From NCBI RefSeq assembly GCF_006345805.1, contig NC_043014.1, positions 35,836,001 to 35,900,000 on the forward strand: DNA of 64,000 nt, in the 5' to 3' direction. The position numbers and the translations under genes are program-made. Positions 38,600 through 50,479 of this stretch are shown in pieces (positions within the stretch are counted from its first letter, which is position 1; the number at the start of each line of letters is the position of its first letter). Origin of the DNA: Octopus sinensis. Lineage: Eukaryota. Below the pieces are notes generated by a model that had not been told where the DNA came from, did no database searches, and saw nothing but the letters and a program-made list of their open reading frames with translations.

Positions 38600-40425
38600 T
38601 ATATATATGAAATAACTCCAGGTATTCAGTGTGAGCAAGTGTATTGTGCCAAATTAAAAAATTTTTGTTAAACTTTAATTTTTGGAGCCGCTGGCACTCA
38701 AAGAGAAAAATTCCCCGAGATCGACTTTGCCTTTCATCCTTTTGGAGTCGATAAATTAAATACCAGTTACATACGTATGTATGTATGTATGTATGTATGT
38801 ATGTATGTATGTATGTATGTATGTAGGTAGGTAGGTAGGTAGGTAGGTAGGTAGGTAGGTGGGTAGGTAGGTAGGTAGGTAGGTAGGTAGGTAGGTAGGT
38901 AGGTAGGTAGGTAGGTCACTGTTATTTATGACAACCCTAACCCTAAAACCTTAAAGCTAAAACCAGTACAAACGCACGAACGATGTCATAAATAACAGTG
39001 ACAAACGAAAAATGCACCGCCGGAAGTTGTTGTTGACAAACAACGGCAATAATTTTATTCAGCTGAATACACGTCATTGATTGGTTGAAATTACCGAAAT
39101 ACTACAACTTTAAAGTGAAATAACTTCGTAAATATAAGCTTTTCTCAAAAACGCTAAGAGTAAAAGATGTTTTATATGACACTGTCTACCAGTGTCCGAA
39201 GTTTGAAAGTGTTTAGCTACAAAAAATTATTTTTTAAATCTGTCGGTCAAAAGGTAAAGATCCGTCAATTGTCTTAATATTTTACATACTTTTCATATAT
39301 ATTTTACATATATTTCGTGAAGTTTTTCTGTGTTTACATTCGTTGCAACGAATACCCTTCAGTCAAACCCAGGTCAGGCCAGAATGAGCCATTCTGTATT
39401 TTTATTGAAGATGTAGGACAACACTATTTAATGTGTCCTTCATTTTTAAAATGTTAGAGCACAGCGTGGGTGAAATGTGGCTGTTATTTCTTGCAAATTG
39501 AGCAACCACACAGAGATTATCTCGCTGATGTGTATAGGTAACCAAAAACTAAAGGAAATGGACCTTCATCTGTTTTTATGATGATCATTCTAGTTGAATT
39601 TTCCCAACTTCAATTCCACATAACATCAGATTCTTTAATTTACGAGATAAAGTAATTGGTTGATCGTAATCAAAATTCAGAGTTGCATCGATTCACCAAA
39701 ATTGAAAGCAATCTGAGCAAAATTAAAGGGCTCGGTGGGGGCTGATTTTGTGAATCAGTTTAACTAGATCCACTATCTTTTACCTTTTACTAGTTTCAGT
39801 CATTAGGCTGCGGCAATACTGGAGCACTGCCTTGAAGATGTTTTAGTCGAAAGAATCGACACCAGGACTTGTTTTTGTGTTTAGCCTGGTACTTACCCTA
39901 TCGGACTCTTTTACCGAACCGGTAAGTTACTGGGACATAAACGCACCAACACCGGTTGTCAAGCGGTGATGGAGGACAAACACACACACACACACACACA
40001 TACACACACACAAACTACAGAGTGACGGCACTAAGCAGTGACGTGTATACATACATATGTATGTGCGTGTGTGAATGTGTGTGTGTGTGCGTGTATGCGT
40101 ATGTGTGTGTGCATGTGTACGTGTGTGTGTTTACTCAGGTAAATATGTGTGTGGTGGGGAGGGGCTACTGAGCGAGAGAAAAAGATAGCGGCAAGAAGGG
40201 AAGTAGAGAACAATGAACTGAGCTGTGCGTGACATAGTTTCTCGCTCTGCTGATTCTGAAGGGGACAGGTATTTTTCTCGATCCCATCATCATCATCATC
40301 GCCAGGGCTGTTTGTTAGCAGTCGACCACCACCACTACTATCACTATTTCAGGTTCCCCAATGTCACCTGCACACATAACTTTACTTCCAAACACTTCTA
40401 CATTTCCGCTCGGCAAGCAAATTCC

Positions 40426-40823
40426 GGTACTACTTAAGAAAAGTGGTCCCGGTGCGCGCACTCGCGTACTCGCGCATCCGCGATAGCTAGTCGTGACTGG
40501 TCGATCCTACAACGACTACCTAGCAATCGGTACTACTTAAGAAGAGTGGTCCCGGTGCGCGCACTCGCGTACTCGCGCATCCGCGCTAGCTAGTCGTGAC
40601 TGGTCGATCCTACAACGATTACCTAGCAAAGTAAATAAAACACAAAATAAATAATTTTTTTTAAACAAAGTAAATAAAGCACAAAAACACCAAGTTAATA
40701 ATTTTTTTAAACGAAGTAAATAAAACAAAAGCACAAAGTAAGGATCGACTAGTCAAGACTAGCTAGCGCGGGTGCGCGAGTACGCGAGTGCGCGCACCGA
40801 GACCACTCTTCTTAAGTAGTACC
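40426..40823. mobile_element. Merlin-like MITE with duplicated left end
   Basis: ~80-bp TIRs starting GGTACTAC. 8-bp TSD CAAATTCC. 101-bp tandem duplication at 40426-40526 / 40527-40627. Confidence 0.75.
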
Positions 40824-41228
40824 CAAATTCCTACATCGTTACACCTTACTCATCTCACGCTTTACCAATTACACACCTACTGCACAGAGAGAGAGAGAGA
40901 GAGAGAGAGAGGCGGGGGAGAGTAACAACGACATGTACATACCACTCACAAACAGGTGTCAGACAATCCACATACTACTCACACACGAGAACAGTAGAAC
41001 CAACATTTTATATATACTCCATCCTACATCACAGCATACCAGAGCAGTGAAGGATGAAAGCATAGGCGCAGGAGTGGCTGTGTGGTAAGTAGCTTGCTTA
41101 CGAACCACATGGTTCCGGGTTCAGTCCCACTACGTGGCACGTAAGGCAAGTGCCTTCTAATATAGCTTCAGGCCGACCTAAGGTTTGTGAAGTGGATTTG
41201 GTAGACGGAAACTGAAAGAAGCCTGTCT

Positions 41229-41272
<44 letters not shown>

Positions 41273-41282
41273 GGGGTCGTTT

Positions 41283-41375
41283 TATTTCATTCTACACGTG
41301 TTTCGAAAGGCACAATTTACCAAAATCCGATTGAATAATGAGACCATATTGTGTCTTTCTCTTCAGGAAGAAATA
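41283..41375 (-). ncRNA. Type I hammerhead ribozyme (PLE-type, minimal stem III)
   Basis: Minus strand: TATTTCTTC-CTGAAGA-GAAAGACACAAT...ATTGTGCCTTTC-GAAAC-ACGT-GTA-GAATGAAATA. All core residues and stems I, II and III are present. Confidence 0.85.
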
Positions 41376-41658
41376 GGAAATCCGTTGGAAAAAACAAAAA
41401 CAGAACAGAGGCGGAGCAAAACAAATCGAATTAGGCTCCTAAGAGCCCATGGCAAAACTGTTTATCAGTGTATGTTGAGAACCGGTGGTTGAAGATTTTA
41501 ACGGGTCAGGCAGCGGTCATTCCTGTGGGTGAGGGTGTGTAGATGTTCTTTGTGACCGGGAATAAAGTTCTGACTATTTAAGGAATATTGGATGTATTAT
41601 AAGGGGCGAGAAAAAATCTACTTAGAGACATGTGTGTGTTAACTGACTTATTGGAAGT

Positions 41659-41701
41659 CCACCTGAAGATTGTCGATCAAGACAAGAAACGATTGTAGTG
41701 G
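41659..41701 (+). ncRNA. Type I hammerhead ribozyme (minimal)
   Basis: CCAC-CTGAAGA-TTGTC gatcaa GACAA-GAAAC-GATT-GTA-GTGG. Confidence 0.78.
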
Positions 41702-41904
41702 CGGTTTTTTTTGACTATTTATTAAAATCTTATGTATTGATTAAGTCTTTCCTTGTTTGTTTTGCAAAATAGTGGTTTTGTCTCTAATAATATTTTATAA
41801 TATTTTACTATAAAATTGGATTTAATCCTAAATCTGATTTTTTTCCCTGTAAATTTGGATTTATTCCCTAATATTTATTATTTATATATATATATATATA
41901 TATA

Positions 41905-42214
41905 AACTTACTTGGATGAAACGAAACGAAACGAAACGACGCGAGGGCGCTGTCATACAATACTGTAATAAATAAAATATATGCATACATACATACATAT
42001 ATGTACGTACCTACATCTATATGTATATATACATGCATATATGAGTACAGGACACCACAAATAAACGTAGAACTCAACGAGAAAGGAAAATGTAAAAACA
42101 AACATGGAAACGGACCTTTTTTTTAACAACGAAAAAACAGAGTACAAGACAAACAACACAAGGAAAAATTCCCTTCATCAGCTGTTCCTAGTACGACTCA
42201 TGCGTGTTTCGAAG

Positions 42215-42218
<4 letters not shown>
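41905..42218 (-). mobile_element. PLE-like terminal-repeat fragment (42-kb family)
   Basis: Flanked by (TA)n on both sides. Homologous to 53580-53800 and 53010-53150. Confidence 0.6.
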
Positions 42219-42252
<34 letters not shown>

Positions 42253-42296
42253 TATATATATATATATAATATATATTATATATATATATATATAAT

Positions 42297-42328
<32 letters not shown>

Positions 42329-42553
42329 ATCATAACGTTTTTTTTAAACAATATTAATAGCGTTCTGTCTATCGCTATACAAATCCATCATTTTTTGCTA
42401 AAATGTCTTATTGACGAGTTTCGTTTTTTTCACTTTCCTGAGAAGATTGCATTGTTTATACCATTTATTCTTTTGAATAGTATCAGTGGAATTTTCGAAA
42501 CATGTGTCGAAAGTAAAAATATTTGATTACACCTGCGTTAACTCCATTTTTTA

Positions 42554-42594
<41 letters not shown>

Positions 42595-43099
42595 ATTTTT
42601 GTTTGTCTGTGTTTGCTCCCCCTCCTCCCAACATCGCTTGACAACCGATGCTGGTGTGTTTACGTCTCCGTAACTTAGCGGTTCGGCAAAAGAGACCGAT
42701 AGAATAAGTACTAGGCTTATAAAGAATAAGTCCTGGGTGCGATTTTCTCGACTAAAGGCGGTGCTCCAGCATGGCCACAGTCACATGACTAAAACAAGTA
42801 AAATATTAAAAGAGTATGGGCACAGGGAAGTCCACTAGATAGAGAGGGCTTTCAGAGGTTAAGTCGTCGTCGTCTTAAAAGGCTGTAACCCTAGTGATTC
42901 ACAAAATCTTATTCCGACTCTGTGTCACCGCGTGTTCTATAATCTCCACAAACAAGGCGGAGAGACAACGTACAAGCATATTGGGATAGATAAATCTGTG
43001 AGTCGCACTTAATCGTTCGGCTGTACCACATATATCCTACAGTATTAACATCACCACCGCCGCCACAGCAACCCCCCACTACACCACCACCACCACCAT

Positions 43100-43132
<33 letters not shown>

Positions 43133-43204
43133 ACAAAACATGAAAATTGTCATTTGTTTATCTTTGCCAGTTGGAGCTTGTCGGTTTTTTAAACTTTTTT
43201 GTTA

Positions 43205-43585
43205 TTCTTTTACTCTTTTAATCTTTTATTTGTTTCAGTGACTGTGGCCATGCTGGAGCACCGCCTTTGGTCGAGAAAATTGACCCCAGGACTTATTTTT
43301 TATAAGCATAGTACTTATTCTATCGGTCTCTTTTGCCGAACCGCTAAGTGACGGGGACCTAAACACACCAGCATCGGTTGTCAAGCGATGTTGGGGGGGG
43401 GGAAAGGAACAAACACAGACACAGAAACATAGACACACACACACACTTTCAGTTCCCGTACATACACTTTGGTCGGCCCGAGGCTATAGTAGAAGACACT
43501 TGCCCAAGGTGCCACGCAGTGGAACTGAACCCGGAACCATGTGGTTCGTAAGTAAGCTACTTACCACACAGCCACTCCTACGCCT
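43205..43585 (-). mobile_element. SINE family A
   Basis: Both modules, with an internal deletion. Confidence 0.85.
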
Positions 43586-43989
43586 TTGTTAGTATATTTC
43601 TTTTCGTTAAGCTATGCCGCTTTTGTTTCAAATGATTTTGAACAGAATGAATAATTTCTTGAAATAATTTTGCCATTTTTAAGCTGTTGTTTGGAAAATT
43701 AAATTAATATAAAAATTTTAATGGCAGGTTTTAATTTACAACGCTTTAAAGCACAGTGCCATAAAAATGGAGGGGATCTCATGTAGGTTGGTTTCAAAAG
43801 GGTTAAGTATCAGCTTCTCAGCGGGAGTTTTCTTTTTTAGTAGTTTGTGATAATAGCCAACCCTTTCTACACTATACACCAATGAAAAAAAAAGGTCATT
43901 CATATGCGATTCGTATATTTTCTCAATCTTAAGTCGTATCATTTATCTTTATTTTTTTCTTTTACTTGAACTGCAGTCACTTAAAAAAA

Positions 43990-44395
43990 TTACAAAAATC
44001 GATTCAAGGTGAGAATGCGATCGATAAAGCCGTGGGAACGTGCATTTGTACGCGCAAGTACATCAGCTGTTGCGATCGATTCTACGGGTACGCGAGAAAA
44101 ATGCACTTCCAGTTTGCGCAAAAAAAGTCAAGGAGCAGGGGATGTTGTTTTTATTTCCCGCATGCCATTGATTCCGTCGGACTGTGTTTATCCGATGAAA
44201 CGCGTTAAATTCCCTATTCGCCGGAGCCCTCGCGATGACCATCCACAAAGCACAGGGGCAGTCGTTGCTTTTTGCACGGACAACTGTAAGTGGGCTGTTC
44301 GAGGGTTGGCTGTTCGACAAACCTTTTCTACTACGCTCCAGACGGAGTAACAAGGAATGTGGTTTACAAGGCTGCGCTCCACTAGCTTTTCCATG
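43990..44395 (+). mobile_element. Helitron PIF1-type helicase C-terminal fragment
   Basis: GDVVFISRMPLIPSDCVYPMKRVKFP, then after a frameshift LAMTIHKAQGQSL. Confidence 0.8.
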
Positions 44396-44978
44396 CCCTT
44401 GAACATCCCGTAAAGTAAGTTAGCTTAAAATTAGTTACTTAGTTCCCTAGGTTGTTGCTTTTCATCAAAAATCGCCCCAAGTTGATTTCCTACATGTTTT
44501 ATCGGATAAACTTATTATTGCCCCAGGTACGTTTTCATAAATTCATCATGCTTTTCCATCTAGATTTACCTCCAGCTAACCAATTTGCATGCATCGATTT
44601 TGTCCAGCTTTTCTTCCGTCAGCCTGTAAATAACTGCACCTTCCATTTTTTTGTTGTTTTTGTACTGCTTAAAGGCACATTTCTTTCCTGTCAAGCTTAC
44701 TATTTAAACCATGTTTGTGTTCTCCCAGTCAACAGCCTTTTCATTACTGGTACTTTGAACTCTTCGGTTGCATATTTGTGTGAATAAAATCGTTTTTCTT
44801 TGGAATAGAAAAAAAGTCTATCTTTATTTCTTCTTTTGCTGGTGTCGCAAATTTAGGTTAAATCAGTGTTTCTCAAAGGGAAGACCTATGGGACGGTCGG
44901 ACAAGTTATTTTGAGAAAATTTGGTTTAAATGTTTGACAACTCAGCACCGTCCATTGGACAGGGGGCGTTTTGCTCGT

Positions 44979-45028
<50 letters not shown>

Positions 45029-45471
45029 TTGAGTTATATTTGAGACGGTAATATTTTTGGTCGATTAACCACATGCTCCACGTACTCGGTCATCACTTCG
45101 GCATTATTATTCTTATTTTAGTGTTCTTTGTCTGAAATCTTTCTTCGTACCACCTGTCTGACGATTCTCTGATCCACGTGTCTCCTGTTCTTCAGACACA
45201 CGGGATTCTTACAGTTTCTGTCTACTAAATCTACTAAAAAAATTGCAGATGAAGTGCATACTGATCCCTTCACTTATGATAAAGGAGAAGGTTGAAAAGT
45301 TGGCAAATTATGTTTTATTAATTTTATTCCAGAAGTTGAAAAATAAGGGCAAAATTAATCTATTTTGTATGTAGTAATAATGAAAACACTGGTCAACAGC
45401 AAAAATACTTCCGAGACCAGAGAAGAAATTTGCAACTTATTTTAGGTCGCTGATAATGAATATCATGGTTA

Positions 45472-45680
45472 AATCGAAGGAGAGGGGCTTTCTCCGTCCG
45501 GGTTGCGGATCCGTGGAATAAGCTGCCGGACGAGATAGTGAAGATGCCGACGACCGCTCGGTTCAAAGTCTCTCTTGACCAGAAATGGCCTGAACTCTTT
45601 GTATGAACACTCTCCCTGTACATAACTCCATGTCCCCCTACATGGCCTTGCTTTTGCTTTTTGAGCCAAAAAGAATTAAA
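45472..45680 (+). mobile_element. CR1-clade LINE, short 3' fragment
   Basis: Near-identical to 47850-48050. Confidence 0.88.
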
Positions 45681-45719
45681 TAAATAAATTTGTTTGTTAG
45701 CTCCGATTTTCAAGATACC

Positions 45720-45951
45720 TATTTCTTTATTACCCACAAGGGGCTAAACACAGAGGGGACAAACAAGGACAGACATAGGTATTAAGTCGATTACATCGAC
45801 CCCAGTGCGTAACTGGTACTTAATTTATCGACCCCGAAAGGATGAAAGGCAAAGTCGACCTCGGCGGATTTTGAACTCACAACGTAACGCAGACGAAATA
45901 CCGCTAAGCATTTCGCCCGGCGTGCTAACGTTTCTGCCAGCTCGCCGCCTT
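45720..45951 (-). mobile_element. SINE family B
   Basis: 16-bp TSD CGATTTTCAAGATACC. Confidence 0.9.
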
Positions 45952-46879
45952 CGATTTTCAAGATACCACTACGTCTCACAACAGATTCCAACATGCTTGC
46001 GGGCTGTGTGTTTCTTACCACACTCACAGTCTCATTGTCCGTCTGTATTGTTCCAGCAGTAATAGAAGGTGGTTGTGCTATACAAGTTTACATTTTGAGT
46101 TGATAGGTGATTTTCCTCGTCAAACACCTTTTAACTCTTATAATAAATATTCATCGAGCAAGCTTTTGATATGTATGTGAGACAGTTCGTACTAATTTCA
46201 TCTTCCTACTGAATAATATAAATAATTCTGCTAAACTGTCATGCTCTGTATGATAATGATAAATTTATACTCTTACTCTCTTTTACTCTTTTACTTCTTT
46301 CAGTCATTTGACTGTGGCTATGCTGGAGCACCGCCTTTAGTCGAGCAAATCGACCCCAGGACTTAGTCTTTGTAAGCCTAGCACTTATTCTATCCGTCTC
46401 TTTTGCCGAACCGCTAAGTTACGGGGAAGTAAACACACCAGCATCGGTTGTCAAGCGATGATGGGGGTACAAACAGAATTCAAGAAATAATAGTTGAGGA
46501 TTCCACTAGTCGATCAACAAACAATAATCATAAGTCTTCAGTTTGGGAAGGTATTTTGATGCTACGCTTCGGTTCGGCCACTGTACGGAACATTCTCAGT
46601 TGTATAAAATTCATTTTTCGATACATGCTAGAATCTGATCTAAAAATTGATCGTTTTCGTTGAGCAAAAAAACAGAAAAAGTGTAACAATCACTCCTTTT
46701 TCGTTCAGTTCGTACAGTAACTATTTCACAAACTTTTCCGATTTCCGAGTGAGGTTCAAATTTTGGAAAGCTACTGAATGTTTAGTACTTAGTTCTTCCG
46801 TAACTTCTCGAGTTTCTGAAACATAAGTCTGCTTTAGTAATGGCTCTCACTTGATCATTCTAACTGGCAGAAAGTCATA

Positions 46880-48075
46880 CACGAACTTCCACACTCACCA
46901 TCGCGCATCCTCGATGATAGTGATGCTGTTGACATCGTTTTATTGGACTTTGCCAAAGCTTTTGACTCGGTAAACCACCGCCTATTACTTGTCAAGCTTC
47001 AAGCATATAGTTTCCATCCGGATATTGTACGATGGGTTGGTGCCTTCCTCTCAGATCGTGCCTTCCTCTCAGATCGTTCCTTCCAAGTCCAAGTTAATGG
47101 TTCGCGGTCCGACGTCTCCAGTGCGAGCAGTGGCGTGCCTCAAGGTTCATAAAGACTTGCCCGATGACCTCACGCAACACACCCTTCTATTTGCCGACGA
47201 TGTCAAACTGGTCACTCCTCGCGGTGATATAGAGGATCTTCGTCGATGCCTCCACCAAATTTGGAGATGGTCTAACGAAAGGACCTGTGTCTAAACGTGT
47301 CAAAGTGCTGTCATCTGCCTGTTGGCTCTCCTCCTGCAACTCAACTTGATTTCGAGCCGGGTCGTCTGCTGCTGGAGAGGACCGATCAGGTAAAGGACCT
47401 GGGTATCTTGGTGGATTCCTCCTTTTCGCCTTCGGCCCAGTGCGTCCATGCTGCCAACAAAGCACGCGGAGTTCTGATTCGACGGTCATTCGGAATGCTC
47501 ACAGCAGCCATATTCCTGCCGCTCTATGTCACGCTGGTGAAACCCATATTGGAGTACGGGATTCAAGCCTCTTCTCCTTATCTCCTCAAAGACATACAGC
47601 ATCTCGAAAAGGTCCAGAAGCTGGCTACCCGCATGGTTCTTGGTCTCAAGAATTTGTCTTATGAAGAAAGGCTGAAGACGTTCGACCTTTATTCTCTAGA
47701 AAAGCGACGACGCCGTGGTGATCTCATTCTTGCTCACAACATCATAAGCGGAAAGTTTAACCTCTCGAAAGAGCTGTTCTTCACTCCTGCTCCAGAGCGT
47801 CGGCTGCGGGGTCATTCCGAAAAGCTCTATCTGCGACGATTTCATCTCAATCGAAGGAGAGTGGCTTTCTCCGTCCGGGTTGCGGATCCGTGGAATACGC
47901 TGCCGGACGAGATGGTGAAGATGCCGACGATCGCTCGGTTCAAAGTCTCCCTTGACCACAAGTGGCCTGAACTCTTTACATGAACACCACCCTGTACATA
48001 ACTCCATGTCCTCCTAAATGGCCTTGCTTTTTGCTTTTTGAGCCAAATAATTAACTAACTAACTAACTAACTAAC
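46880..48075 (+). mobile_element. CR1-clade LINE RT region, 5'-truncated with internal deletion
   Basis: LDFAKAFDSVNH, SGVPQGS, LFADDVK and KDLG motifs, then the C-terminal ORF 47297-47983 and a (TAAC)n tail. 18-bp tandem duplication at ~47039-47075. Confidence 0.92.
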
Positions 48076-48184
48076 AGAATCTCGTTTCCTTTACGTAATT
48101 CTAGGAACTGATTTTGAGTTGTACGTTGGTTGATATTCCATTTTCAACTCGTAAATAAAATCGCTCGATTATATATATATATAG

Positions 48185-48390
48185 TTAATCCAAACATAAA
48201 AACACAAAGAGAAAACACAACAACGCGAGGACGTCGAACAAGTATAGTGTTATTGGACGCTCAGGAAAGGAAAGAAAGAAGGAGGATTTAACGTTTCGAG
48301 CGGAGCACTTCGTCGGAAACATAGGAAAAGGAAAAATCCAAGGAAGGGAAGACGGAGGAAAAGAATCGCCAACGATACACACGCGGTCAT
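48185..48390 (-). mobile_element. PLE-like terminal fragment containing a variant hammerhead-like motif (48286-48320)
   Basis: GTTT-CCGACGA-A-GTGCTCCGCTC-GAAACGTT-AAAT. The 3' end abuts (TA)n. Confidence 0.45.
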
Positions 48391-48644
48391 TATGTATGTA
48401 TGTATGTATGTATGTATGTATGTATGTATGTATGTGTGTATGTATGTATGCATGTATGTATGCATGTATGTATGCATGTATGTATGCGTATATATGGGTG
48501 TGTGTATGCGTGTATGTATCGTCCGTTAGAGTGCTTTTGTTGTTTTTTAATTGTAATTGATGTATGATTGATGAATAGTTAACGCCCACGCTCATAATAC
48601 ATAGACTTCTGAATTAACTTCTACAATCCAGCCGTCCTTTCACA

Positions 48645-48782
48645 CGACGACCGCTCGGTTCAAAGTCTTCCTTGACCACAAGTGGCCTGAACTCTTTACA
48701 TGAACACCACCCTGTACATAACTCCATGTCCCCCGATATGGCCTTGCTTTTTGCTTTTTGAGCCAAAAAATTAACTTAACTG
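48645..48782 (+). mobile_element. CR1-clade LINE, short 3' fragment
   Basis: Same 3' UTR and TTAAC tail. Confidence 0.88.
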
Positions 48783-49008
48783 TTACCATCTCCCAGATCA
48801 CTGCTCTTTGTTCTTCTTTGGTGCACATTGCTAGTGGAGCGGTCATGCTTACACTGTAAAGCCTGGAAGAAAAATGGCGCGATCAGGCTCAAACTTCAAT
48901 CACGTGACCACAATAGTAGCAACTAAAAGCACGCATGCGCAGAAGGCAGTGTGACAATAATAAAGATGTTTTATGTCAAAAGTGCGGATAATTTTTGGCT
49001 TCCCCTCC
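48783..49008 (-). mobile_element. mariner 5' end fragment
   Basis: TA-flanked TIR-like GGAGGGGAAGCCAAAAATTATCCGCAC. MTAPLAMCTKEEQRAVI N-terminus. Confidence 0.7.
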
Positions 49009-49244
49009 TATATATATTTTCATGTTTAATTTGACAGCTTTAAAATAAACAAAAATAATTAAAATGAAAGCAAAACCATTTACTTAAATCGGTAGATCGA
49101 AATATATGTGCCATGAATTGAATATTGCAAAAAGACAGAAAATAAAAGTTTATTTCAAAATAAGCATCAAATTTTAAAACAATAACCTCAACTCGTTTTG
49201 CACCAGTGTGTTTTGTAGCATTACCACTTGCACACAGATGGCTT

Positions 49245-49260
49245 GTGTGTGTGTGAGTGA

Positions 49261-49317
<57 letters not shown>

Positions 49318-49326
49318 TGAGTGAGT

Positions 49327-49362
<36 letters not shown>

Positions 49363-49625
49363 TGAGTGAGTGAGTGAGTGTGTGTGTGTGTGTGTGTGGT
49401 GGTGTGTGTGTGTGAGTGAGTGAGTGAGTGAGTGTGTGGTGTGTGGTGTGTGTGTGTGTGTGTGAGTGAGTGAGTGAGTGAGTGGTGTGTGTGTGTGTGG
49501 TGTGTGTGTGTGGTGTGTGTGAGTGAGTGAGTGTGGTGTGTGTGTGTGTGTGTGTGTGTGAGTGAGTGAGTGAGTGTGTGTGTGTGTTGTGTGTGGTGTG
49601 TGTGTGTGTGTGTGTCTGTGTGTGT
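49245..49625. repeat. Compound (TG)n/(GAGT)n microsatellite
   Basis: Direct inspection. Confidence 0.95.
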
Positions 49626-49786
49626 GTAATCTAATTAACTCGCTGAATCCGTAGTGAATCAGTATTTTATTAATTCGATGAATCACAAGAGACAACATCA
49701 ATAAAACTTATATACACATACTATAAATATATATATGTGTGTGTGTGTGTGTGTATCTATGTATTTACGTATATATACATATATGA

Positions 49787-49858
<72 letters not shown>

Positions 49859-49859
49859 T

Positions 49860-50236
49860 ATATATATAAACGGCAGTTTGTCTGTCTGTGTGTCTGTGTG
49901 TCTGTCAGGTTGTACCCTCACCCTGACCACGGCTTTCAACCGATTCTGATGAAACTTGACACACACATAGCCCAATGTCATAATTCAAAACTAACGCAGC
50001 GAAAATTTTGAAAAGTTCCCCCAGTTCTGAAAAAAATCGATAAATTCGACATGGGGTCGAGAATCAGAAACACAAACCACAGACTGTCTAGGGGACGCAA
50101 CTCGACCTTTTTAACTCTCAAAATAATTTACCATAATTTTTTTCCCATTTTTTTGCTATTTTTTGGCTATAACTCTCTAAAAATGCTTTATAGTTATTTC
50201 CATTACAAACCCGAGCAACGCCGGGCGATACTGCTA

Positions 50237-50237
<1 letters not shown>
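49860..50237 (+). mobile_element. Non-autonomous Helitron
   Basis: Hairpin and CTAG|T 3' end. The 5' end is buried in (TA)n. Near-identical to 19026-19407. Confidence 0.88.
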
Positions 50238-50332
<95 letters not shown>

Positions 50333-50479
50333 TACACATACACATATGACAAGTAAATAGACACTCTTATAATCATTAAAATTTATTTAAATTTGAAATT
50401 ATATATTCAAATTATTTATTAATTGTTATAACGTGAATATCTAATATTTAGTAATATTTTCAATGCAAGATTCCTTAAA

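Noticed and set aside
44197-44206. GAAACGCGTT palindromic stem III motif
   Set aside because: No CTGANGA upstream, and it lies within the Helitron helicase coding remnant.
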